64,000 nucleotides of DNA, from the NCBI GenBank assembly GCA_028826165.1, contig JAPDFW010000072.1, forward strand, positions 336,430 through 400,429, written 5' to 3'. Position numbers and translations under genes: made by a program. This DNA comes from Anaeramoeba ignava BMAN (taxonomy: Eukaryota > Protista > Anaeramoebae). Below, in pieces: positions 22,603 through 33,600 of this stretch (its first letter is position 1; every line of letters begins with the position of its first letter). The notes beneath the pieces were generated by a model. That model searched no databases. It was not told the origin of the DNA and saw nothing but the letters and a program-made list of their open reading frames with translations.

Positions 22603-24064
22603 TTTAAAAAATTTATTTCAAAATCAAAATCAAAATGAAAATCAAAAACAAAAAAAAGAAGAAAGTTATTTTGATTTTGAAATAATTTGCGAACAAAATA
22701 AAATTTCATTTAAAACTCATAAATCAATTCTTTCTTCAAGAAGTGAATATTTTAAATCTCTTTTTGATTCTAAAATGAAAGAAAATAAAGAAAATAAATT
22801 AATTCTAAAAGATGTTCCAAGTTCAATTCTATTTTCAATTTTGAATTATTTTTATTCAGGAAAAATTGAAATTAATTTAGAAAATGCAATTCAAATTTTA
22901 ATTTTTTCATCAAAATATTTAATTAATGAATTAATTGAAATTTGTTTAAATTTTATCAAAAACAATTTACAATTTGAAACTATTATTGATGTTCTTAAAT
23001 TATCTGAAACAATGAACTTAAATCAATTATTAGATTCTTCTTATAAATTTATTTTAGAAAATTTTGAAAAATTTATTAAAACTTCATTTTTTCTTGAACT
23101 TGAAGAAAATCATTTAAATTTTATTTTATTAAATGATTTCATTCCAATAAATGAATTTGAAATGTTTCAATCAATAATAGAATGGGGAAAACATAAATCA
23201 AATATTAATCAAGAAAAAGTTGGAAAAAAAGAAAAAGAAAAATTACAAAATCAAATTTCAAATATTATTCATAAAATAAGATTTATTGATTTCACAAAAC
23301 AAGAAATTGAAGATACTTTCAAAGAAGATTTAATTCCAAATCAAATTTTTCAAAAATTAATTCAATTCCTGATACTTAAAGATCAAGAAAATGAAAAAGA
23401 ATTAAATGAATTCATTGAAAAAGAAAATCAAAATCAAAATCAAAATCAAAATTCATTCATTTTTAAATCAAGATTTAGATTTAATTCACAAATTATCAAA
23501 GAAAAAGAACATTTCAAGAAATTAAAAGAATGGATAAATGATGATGAATTCTTTTCCAAAATGAAAAAAGGATATTCAAGAAAAAGAGATGGATTTGATT
23601 CTAAAAAATGGCATTCAATTTGTGATAATAAAGGAAAAACATTAATTATTATCAAAACAACAAATAACTTCATTTTTGGAGGGTTTACTCAAGTTGGATT
23701 TACAAATGATAAATCAAAATGGAGAAAAGAAGATTCTAATAAAATTTATGGATATATTAAAGATCCAAATGCATTTATTTTTTCATTAAGAAATGATAAA
23801 AATGATAGAAACCCAGAGAAATTTCCAATTAAAAAAGATCAAGAAGAAAATGCACTTTTCTTTTATCCTTCAATGAGTGGGCCAACTTTTGGAAATGGAG
23901 CTGATTTTTGTTTAAATGCTAATTTACAAACTGGTTATTCTGATTTTGGTGAAAGTTACAATCTGCCTTATGAAATTAGACGGAATACATATGAATCAAA
24001 AAGTTATTTAGCTGGTTCTTATAATGAATGGATTGTTGATGAACTTGAAACTTTTTTCATTTAA
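22565..24064 (+). CDS. BTB/POZ-BACK-TLDc domain protein, intronless
   Basis: YFDFEII..HKSILSSRSEYFKSLF..MKE (BTB), BACK-like E-x3-F-x4-W, TLDc RDGF..CDNKGKTLIIIKT..IFGGFT..GPTFGNGADF..DELETF. Confidence 0.92.
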   Translation: MENYSNLEKLSNDLKNLFQNQNQNENQKQKKEESYFDFEIICEQNKISFKTHKSILSSRSEYFKSLFDSKMKENKENKLILKDVPSSILFSILNYFYSGKIEINLENAIQILIFSSKYLINELIEICLNFIKNNLQFETIIDVLKLSETMNLNQLLDSSYKFILENFEKFIKTSFFLELEENHLNFILLNDFIPINEFEMFQSIIEWGKHKSNINQEKVGKKEKEKLQNQISNIIHKIRFIDFTKQEIEDTFKEDLIPNQIFQKLIQFLILKDQENEKELNEFIEKENQNQNQNQNSFIFKSRFRFNSQIIKEKEHFKKLKEWINDDEFFSKMKKGYSRKRDGFDSKKWHSICDNKGKTLIIIKTTNNFIFGGFTQVGFTNDKSKWRKEDSNKIYGYIKDPNAFIFSLRNDKNDRNPEKFPIKKDQEENALFFYPSMSGPTFGNGADFCLNANLQTGYSDFGESYNLPYEIRRNTYESKSYLAGSYNEWIVDELETFFI

Positions 24065-24102
24065 AAATTCAAAAATTCAAAAATTCAAAATGAATTTAAT
24101 TT

Positions 24103-25227
24103 TTATTTCTCTTTTCTTTTTTGTGAATCTCTTTTCTTTTTTTGAAATTCTTTCCAAACTTCAGAAAAATGAATTCCAGTGAAAAAAGAATAAATCACAT
24201 AAACAAACCAAATGATACTTGATATCCAAAAAGAAATAAAAAATTTGAAAGAAATTGAACCACAAGACAAAATATTATAATCATAACCAAGAGAATTTTC
24301 AGAACCTAAATATTCAAAAATAAGATATTGGCCAGTTTTGCGAAGAGAAGGAACAACAAATTCAAGTGTTTCTTTTCCAAAACGAAATTCACAATATTTT
24401 TCTGAATTTCCTGAAAAAATAAATCGAGGAAGAATAGAACTTAAAACAACAAATGATGAAACTTTTGAAACAGTCTTTTTTTCTTCAAGAGTTGAGTTGT
24501 TTCCATCTAAACATGCTCCTATTGTCTTTGATAAAGGTAAATGAGAAAATAATATTCTTGCTTTTGCTTGAGATTCAAATGACTTGAGAAAATTCAAACT
24601 TTCCAAATTCCGATTTGTTTCTTCTTCATCAAGAAAAAGCGAATTTAAAAAAATCAATTCATGATCATCCTTCGTCATTCTTATATTAAAATCATTGAAG
24701 TTACTCTTGAAAATTTCTGTCAAATATTCTTGCATTTCTTTCTCATAATTTTCTTCTAAATGTTCTTCTAAATTTTCTTCCAAATTTTGTTTTAATTGAT
24801 CAGGAAATAATTCATTTTTTCCTGGAATAAAAATTGCTTTTTTTTTATTTAAATCTTCAAAAAATAAATCTTGGAATCTTTGAAAAGCATTAATTTCTGC
24901 ATCTTTTATATTGATTTTCTCTTCATTTTTAATCATATTTCCCATAAAAACCACATTGTTTGGTTTGATATATTTTTGGATGTTATTTGCAATTTGTTTG
25001 TAAAATAAATTTTCAAATTTGGTCTTTATTTTTTGAATTAAAGTTTCTCTATCTTTTTCAATTGGTTCAATTTCTAAATTACTTATTAAAACTAGTCTAT
25101 TTTGTTGATTATTTTTAAGTAAATTTCTTTGACAAAGAAAAGCATGATTATGAAGACCAAATAAAATTATTATCATTAAAAAAGTAATAATTGTTTTTAC
25201 AAATTGAATTGATTTAAAATTTTTCAT
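24103..25227 (-). CDS. Degenerate calcineurin-like metallophosphoesterase (Cdc1/Ted1/MPPE1-PGAP5 type) with N- and C-terminal TM segments
   Basis: Motif order LVLISNLEI / PNNVVFMGNM / IPGKNE / LNSL.LD / ILFSHLPL / PRFIFSGNSEKYC / EFVVPS parallels ADPQ / FLGDL / PGNHD / HxPL / FSGHxH / ExTVPS. Confidence 0.72.
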   Translation of the reverse strand: MKNFKSIQFVKTIITFLMIIILFGLHNHAFLCQRNLLKNNQQNRLVLISNLEIEPIEKDRETLIQKIKTKFENLFYKQIANNIQKYIKPNNVVFMGNMIKNEEKINIKDAEINAFQRFQDLFFEDLNKKKAIFIPGKNELFPDQLKQNLEENLEEHLEENYEKEMQEYLTEIFKSNFNDFNIRMTKDDHELIFLNSLFLDEEETNRNLESLNFLKSFESQAKARILFSHLPLSKTIGACLDGNNSTLEEKKTVSKVSSFVVLSSILPRFIFSGNSEKYCEFRFGKETLEFVVPSLRKTGQYLIFEYLGSENSLGYDYNILSCGSISFKFFISFWISSIIWFVYVIYSFFTGIHFSEVWKEFQKKKRDSQKRKEK

Positions 25228-25447
25228 TTTTTAAAAAGAAGAAAAATGAAAAAAGAAAAAAGAAAAAAAAATTTTTTTAACCGTTAAATTTAAATTTAAT
25301 TTTAATTTTAAACAAAAAAATTTTTTCCATTTTTTCTTTCTTTTTGTTTTTCTTTTGTTTTTCTTTTTGTTTAAATAATAATAATAATAAATTTCAATAG
25401 TTGTTCAGTTTAAATTTAGTTAAAAAAAAAATTTTTTTTAAAAAAAA

Positions 25448-27150
25448 ATGATCAATAATAAATTTCCTTTAGAATCTTATATTATTCTTCCAAATACAAA
25501 ATCCAATCATAATCTTTCTCATTCAAATACAATTTTAAAATCATCTTTTGATTTTCAAAGTTTTATTCAAAAAAATTCAAATTCAAATTCAAATTCAAAT
25601 TCAAAAAAAAATATTCAAAAAAAATTCCACAAAAATTTTCAAAATGATTTTCAAAAAAATAAATTTAAATCAAATAATTTCAATTTATTTCTCAATAATG
25701 AAAACTCTCAAAATCAAAAAAAACAAAAGATCACATCAAAACTTTCAATAATCTCAAAATTTTTAAAATCAAATATTGAACCAGTTAATCCGTTATCTCC
25801 AATTCAAAAAAATAAATCAAAAAAACACAATAATTTTCAATTTACAAAATTAACATCAATTCAAAATGTCAAAAATTCAAATTCAAATTCAAATTCAAAT
25901 TCTGAAATAATTTCTAATTATAATGATCGATATTTATCTGATAAACATCTTCAAAATTTGATTATCAAAGAGAATACAACTTTTATATCAAAATTTAACG
26001 ATCTTATTGAATCAAAAGAAAAATTAAATTTAAGAAAAAAAGTAGTAAAAGAAATATCAAATGTTTGTTTTGTATTACATTTAGAGAAGCAAACATTCTT
26101 TCTTGCAGTTGAAATTTGTGATAAATTCCTTTCCAAAATAGAAATTTCAATTAAAAATCCAAATAAAAATGAAAATCAAAATGAAATTGAAAATGAAAAT
26201 CAAAATCAAAATGAAAATCAAAATCAAATTCAAATTAAAAATCAAAATTATTTAAATGATCCAAAAATCATCTCTTTGGCTTCCTCTTTAATTGCTATGA
26301 AATTCCAAGAAGAAGAAATGGTTTCTATAAATGATTTTGTTCAATCACAAAAAAATCAAAAAAATCAAAAAAATCAAAAAAATCAAAAAATTACAAAAGA
26401 AAATTTAATTGAAATGGAAAATAAAATTCTAAATACAATTAATTTTCATATTCCTTCTTTTACTTGCAATAACTTTTTATTACTTTTCATTCAGCGTTAT
26501 TGTTGGCTTGGTTCTTCAAATCAAAAAGAGGTTCAAATTGTTAAAGAATTTTCAAACAGATTTTCTACTTTTAAATTTTGGACTTCAAAATCAAAAAATA
26601 ATTCCAAAAAATCTTTCCATCATCTCAATAATGATTTATACAAAGATAAAATTTTGGATGATTTTATGAATGAAATGATTTCAGATATTAATTTAAATCA
26701 TTATGAAAAATGTCAACTTGTTGAAAAACAATTTTCCATTTTGAAATTTCCAAATGATTTATATTCAAATATTTTAAGATTATTAACATTTGCAATTTTT
26801 GATCCAAAAAGTCTTGAATTCAAACCAAGTATTCTAACAGCATCTGCTTTTTCTTTATTTTTTTCTCATTCACAAGTTTTAGAATTAACTGGTAAATTAA
26901 TTTAAAATTTAAAATCCAAAAAATTAAATTTGATTTTATTTTTTTTTTTTTTAATTTATTTTATTTAGGTTATTCTCAAAAAGATTTAAAAAAATGTATT
27001 GAATGGATTTCTAGAATTTATCAAATTATTCAAAAAAAAAGTGATCGTTTATTTACTTTATCTTTAATTTGGCAAAATATTGATTTTTCAAATCATCAAC
27101 AACTTCATATTCATACTCCAATGATTGATGAATTTTATAATAATTTATAA
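25448..27150 (+). CDS. Cyclin (cyclin E-like C-terminal features); intron 26892-26968
   Basis: Cyclin box LRKKVVKEISNVC..LHLEKQTFFLAVEICDKFL..SLIAMKFQE..LIEMENKILNTINF; EFKPSILTASA; last exon TG|YSQKDLKKCIEWI...HQQLHIH. Confidence 0.85.
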
Positions 27151-27380
27151 TAAAATTTTAAAAATTTTCAATATTTTTAAATTTCATTTTTTTAATGACT
27201 TTCGTTCCCCAATTAAATTCAAAAACTCAATTTAATTTGGTTTTTAAAAAGTCAAAGATTCTTTTTTTTTAAATTAAAAAAAAATTCAAAATTTATTTTT
27301 CATTTTTTTTTTCCTTTTTTTTTTATAATTTAATTTATATTAAAATTAAAAAATATTCCAAAATTCTTTTCTAATTTTAA

Positions 27381-30300
27381 ATGCCTCGTTTTTATGGATG
27401 TTATTTATTAACATCTTTAAATGAAAAATATAAAGATCATGCTTATATTGGATTTACAAGAAATCCGTTAAGAAGAATTAGACAACATAATGGAGAAATT
27501 AAAGGAGGTGCAAAAAAAACTTCTTTAAAAAGGCCTTGGGAATTAGTTTGTGTTATTTTTGGTTTTCCTTCTAGTTGTTTAGCACTTAGATTTGAATGTA
27601 AAAATTAAAATGAATTAGAAAATGAATTATAAAATCAATTATAAAATCAATTATAAAATCAATTATAAAATCAATTAGAAAATGAATTAGAAAATGAATT
27701 AGAAAATCAATTAGAAAATGAATTAGAAAATGAATTAGAAAATCAATTAGAAAATAAAAATGAAAATGAATTAGAAAATCAATTAGAAAATTAAAATCAA
27801 AATCAATTAGAAAATCAATATTAAAATAAAAATTAAAATCAAAATCAAAATCAAAATCAAAATCAAAATCAAAATCAAAATCAATTAAAAAATTAAAATC
27901 AAAATCAAAATCAAAATCAAAATCAAAATCAAAATCAAAATAAAAATAAAAATAAAAATAAAAATCAAATTCAAAATTAAAATCAAAATCAAAATCAAAA
28001 TCAAAATCAAAAATCAATTAGAAAATCAAAATCAAAATCAAAATCAAAATCAAAATCAAAATCAATTAAAATTAAAATCAAAACCAAAACCAAAATCAAA
28101 ATAAAAATCAAAATCAAAATCAAAATCAAAATCAAAATAAAAATAAAATTAAAATCAAAATTAAAACCAAAATAAAAATAAAAATAAAATTAAAATCAAA
28201 ACCAAAATCAAAATCAAAATTAAAATAAAAATTAAAATTAAAATCAAAATTAAAATTAAAATCAAAATCAAAATCAAAATTAAAATAAAAATCAAAATCA
28301 AAATTAAAATCAAAATGAAAATCAAAATCAAAACCAAAATAAAAATAAAAATAAAATTAAAATTAAAAAATCAAAATCAAAATCAAAATTAAAATTAAAA
28401 AATCAATATAAAAATCAAAATTAAAATCAAAACCAAAACCAAAATCAAAATTAAAATAAAAATTAAAATTAAAATCAAAATCAAAATAAAAATAAAAATA
28501 AAAATCAAAATCAAAACCAAAATCAAAATCAAAATCAAAATAAAAATCAAAATCAAAATCAAAATCAAAATAAAAATCAAAATCAAAATAAAAATCAAAA
28601 TCAAAATCAAAATCAAAATCAAAATCAAAATCAAAATTAAAATTAAAATTAAAATTAAAATTAAAATCAATATTAAAATAAAAATAAAAATTAAAATTAA
28701 AATCAAAATCAAAATCAAAATCAAAATTAAAATCAAAATAAAAATTAAAATTAAAATCAAAATCAAAATCAAAATCAAAATTAAAATCAAAATAAAAATC
28801 AAAATAAAAATTAAAATGAATTAGAAAATCAAAATTAAAATCAAAATCAAAAATCAAAATCTAAATCAAAATTAAAATCAAAATCAAAATCAAAATCAAA
28901 ATCAAAATAAAAATTAAAATCAAAATCAAAATCAAAATTAAAATCAAAATCAAAATAAAAATTAAAATTAAAATCAAAATCAAATTCAAAATAAAAATTA
29001 AAATCAAAATCAAAATTAAAATTAAAATCAAAATCAAAATCAAAATAAAAATTAAAATAAAAATCAATATCAAAATCAAAATCAAAATCAAAATTAAAAT
29101 CAAAATTAAAATTAAAATCAAAATTAAAATCAAAATCAAAATTAAAATCAAAATCAAAATCAAAATCAAAATTAAAATTAAAATTAAAATTAAAAATCAA
29201 AATTAAAATCAAAATTAAAATCAAAATCAAAATTAAAATCAAAATCAAAATCAAAATCAATATTAAAATTAAAATCAAAATCAATATTAAAATTAAAATC
29301 AAAATCAAAATTAAAATCAAAATCAAAACCAAAACCAAAACCAAAATCAAAATCAAAATCAAAATTAAAATCAAAATCAATTAAAAAATCAAAATCAAAA
29401 TCAAAATCAAAATCAAAATTAAAATCAAAATTAAAATAAAAATCAAAATCAAAATAAAAATTAAAAAATCAATATAAAAATCAAAATTAAAATTAAAAAA
29501 TCAATATAAAAAATCGAAAAAAGGGACTTGGCAAAACCCATACAAATCTTCAAAATTAAAAGAATTCCAAGAAAAAGGAATTTCAGGATTTGGAAATATT
29601 CACAAAGTAAAAGCAAAAGCAAGAATACTTTTTGAAATTTTAAATTCATCTCCATGGAAAAGATTACCATTACACATTCGCTTTTTCTCAGATCAACGAA
29701 TGGAACTAAGACAAAATTGTCCACAACAACCAGAACACATGAGCCTTGTATTAACAAACACTTACGAATTTGCAAAGGAAATGAAATTCACAGACGCACT
29801 TGATGCGATTGGTGAAAAAAAATCTCAATCAAATTCAAATACAAATTCATCAACAACAGAGAAGAATTTGGGAAAAAACATTAAGAATAAAGAAAATATA
29901 AAAAGCGAAAGTGAATCAAGTGAGGAATCAAGTCAAGAATCAAGTGAAAACGATAATGAATGTGAATTAGGGAAAAATCAACCGTTTGTTTTATCTCAAT
30001 TAAGTACTCAATGTTTTGAATGTAGTGAACCAATAAATCCTCAAAATCCTTATGTAGAATGCCCATTTTGCGCCTCAAAAGTCCATCTTCTTTGTATGGC
30101 AAGGATTTTCTTATCAAAATCACCTCAGAAATTATTACCAACTAAAGGAAATTGTCCTTGTTGTGGAAACCGTTTAATTTGGGGTGATATTGTTCGTGTT
30201 TCTCAAAAAGGAAAGCCTGGTTTTGAACCCTTTGTCCCAAAAACTAATTCCCATTCTTCTCGTTCTTTAACTTTTTCTGATTCTCTTCCTAATCTTAATC

Positions 30301-30605
30301 CTCCTCAAATAAACCATCTTGATCAAAATGTAAATTCTAATGATCTTCCTCAAAAGAAAAATAAAACAAGAATTAAACGTCAAAAAAATCAGAAATTGGA
30401 TTCAAAAAAAGAAAGAAAAAAAACTCATGTTAAAAAATCCAAAAATAAAGAAGAAGAAAATAAAAATAAAAATAAAAATAAAGAAGAAGAAAATAAGAAT
30501 GAAAATAAAAATAAAGAAGAAGAAAATAAGAATGAAAATGAGGAAAATTTTCAAAATTTATCTTTGTTAGAAAGACTTAATAAATATCAAAAATTTGAAG
30601 ATTAA
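27381..30605 (+). CDS. SLX1: Structure-specific endonuclease subunit SLX1 (GIY-YIG + RING); intron 27598-29523
   Basis: FYGCYLLTS..YIGFTRNPLRRIRQHNGEIKGGAKKT..RPW..GFPS..ALRFE|WTWQNP; C-terminal CFEC..CPFC..HLLCMA..LLP..GNCPCC..WGDIV. Confidence 0.95.
27600..29515. repeat. (AAAATC/AAAATT/AAAATA)n hexamer satellite in SLX1 intron
   Basis: Visible array of ~1.9 kb. Confidence 0.95.
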
Positions 30606-30673
30606 AAATAAAAAAATTTTTTTTTTTTTTTGATTTATTTTTTTTCATTTTTTTTTTAAAAAATTACATAATA

Positions 30674-33600
30674 ATGGATTTATGGAAAATAATTGAAAAA
30701 AAAGATATTGAATCATTGAAAAAAATTAGTTCTATTGAGTTAAAACAAATGGAAAATGAAAGCAATACTTTATTAAATTTTGCATTTGAAAAAAAATTAC
30801 CTTTTGAAATGATTCAAATTTTATTATCAAAAGGAGTTGATCCAAATCTTCAAGATAATTTACAAAGAACATCTCTTCACTCAGCAATTCTAAATCATTC
30901 TGGAATGGAAATAATTGATCTTCTTGTTCAAAATGGAGTTGAAATTAATTCGGTTGATAATAAATCAAGAACTGCAATAATTTATTCAATCATTTACTCA
31001 AAAGAACCAGAAAACAAGGAAATACTTGAATATTTAATTGGAAAAGGAGCAGATATTCACACAAAAACAAAATCCAAAAAATCCCTTTTGCATTTTGCCT
31101 GCAAACACAGTTCGTTGGAAGTTATCAAATATTTAATTGATAAAGGAGTTGATGCTCATTCAAAAGCAGATTACAATAAAACCATTTTGCATTATGCTTG
31201 CAAAAGTAATTCATTTGATGTTATTAAATATCTTGTTGAGAAAGGTGTTGATATCCAATCCAAAACAACAGATGAACGAAATGCTTTGTATTTTGCTTGC
31301 AAAAAAAACACACTTGAAGTGATTAAATATTTGATTGATAAGGGAATTGATATCAATGAAGTATCTACTCAATACAAAAATATTCTCTATTCTGCATGCA
31401 GGAGAAATAACTTGGAAGTTATCAAGTTTCTTATCGAAAAGGGTGTTGATATCCATTCACAATCAAATATGAACAAATCCATTTTGCATATCGCTTGTAA
31501 AAGAAACAAATTGGAAGTTATCAAATATCTCGTTGAGGTTGGAGTTAATATTCACGGAAAAACAAAAGAAAACGAATCAACTCTGCATTTTGCTTGCCAA
31601 AAAAACACTTTGGATGTTATAAAGTATCTTATTGATAACGGAATAGATATTCATGAAAAAACCAAAGATGATGAAAACATTTTGCATTATGCTTGCCAAA
31701 AAAACACTCTGGATGTTATAAAGTATCTTGTTGATAACGGAATAGATATTCACGAAAAAACAAGAGATGATGAAGATGTTTTGTATTTTGCTTCCAGAAA
31801 AAATAACTTGGATGTTATCAAATATCTCATTGAGAAAGGAGCCATTCTTCATCAAAAAACAAGAAAAAATGAAAATGTTCTTCATTCTGCTTGCAAGAAA
31901 AATTCCTTGGAAGTTATCAAGTTTCTTATTGAGAAGGGAGCTGATATTCATTCCAAAACAAAGTATGAGGAAATACCTTTATATTTCGCTTGTGCAGAAA
32001 ACAATCTTGAAGTTATCAAATATCTAATAGAGATTGGAAGTGATATCAACGAAAAAACTGATGATCATGAATCATTATTGCATTCTGCTTGCAAAGATAA
32101 TAATTTTGATGTTATTAAATATCTTATTGAGAAAGGTCTCGATGTGAATTTGAAATCAAAATACAAAGAAACACCTTTCCATTATGCTTCCAAAGATAGA
32201 CCGTTAGCTGTTATCAAGTATATTGTTGAAAAAGGAGGCAATATGAATATCAAATCCAGATTCCACGAAACCCCTTTTCATTTGGCTTGTCGAGATAACT
32301 CATTTGATGTTATCAAATATCTTGTTGAGAATGGAGCAGATATTCATTCATCATCAGATACCAACGAAAGCGCTTTGCATCTTGCTTGTAGAAAAAATTC
32401 ATTGGAAATGGTCAAGTATTTGGTTGAGAAAGGTGTTGATATCCACCAGAAAACCGATGATAATGAAGATGCTTTATTTTATGCTGCTGAAGAAAACTCA
32501 CTGGATATGATCAAATATCTTGTTGAGAAAGGATTAGATATTAATGCTAAAAATACTGATGATGAATCAGTTTTGCATAGGGCTTGTAGTGATAATTCTT
32601 TAGAAGTTGTCAGATATTTTGTTGAAAAAGGGGCTGATATTTATTCCAAAAACAAAGATGATGAAACACCTTTACATGAAGCATGCAGAAAAAACACATT
32701 CGATGTTATCAAGTATCTTGTTGAGCAAGGAATAGATGTCAACTCAAAAAATAACGAGGATGAATCAGTTTTGCATTTTGCTTGTGAATACAGTTCTTTA
32801 CCCGCTATCAAATATCTTATTGAGAAAGGAGCGGATATTCATTTCAAAAGCCAAAAAAATCAAACATGCTTACATTATGCTTGCCAACGTAGCACATTTA
32901 ATGTGGTCGCATATCTTGTGGAGAAAGGACTTGATATCAATGCAAAAACAGATGAAGATGAAACACCTTTATATTTGGCTTGTAAAAGAAACACATTTCA
33001 AGTTGTCAAATATCTTGTTGAAAAAGGAGCTCATGTTCATTCTAAAAACAAAGAAGATGAAACACCTTTGCATTCTGCTTGTTCGTCCAATTCAATGGAA
33101 GTTATCAAATACCTTGTTGAAAAAGGAGCTGATATTCATGCCAAAAATGATGATGATGAAACACCTTTGCATTTCGCTTGTGAAAATAACTCATTTGAAT
33201 CAGTCAAATACTTGATTGAAAAAGGAGCCATTATTGATGTCAAAACAAAAAAGAATGAAACACCTTTACATTTAGCGTGCGAATATAATTCCTTACAAAT
33301 AATTCAATATCTTGTTGAAAATGGAGCATATATCGACATAGAAAACGAAGATAAACAAACACCCTTCCATTATGCATGCGAAGAGAACTCACTTGAATCA
33401 ATTAAATATCTTGTGGAAAACGAAGTCGACATCAAAGCAATAACAAAGGAAAAGGAAACAGCTCTGCATTTTGCTTGCAAATCAAACTCTTTTGATATTA
33501 TCAAGTATCTTGTTGAGATAGGATTGAATGTCAATGCAAAAAACAAAGACAAGGAAACTCCTTTGTATTTCGCTTGCAAAAAAAATTCACTGGATTCAAT

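Noticed and set aside
27381-27608. Mobile GIY-YIG homing endonuclease
   Set aside because: It is exon 1 of cellular SLX1 and splices in frame to the RING-containing exon
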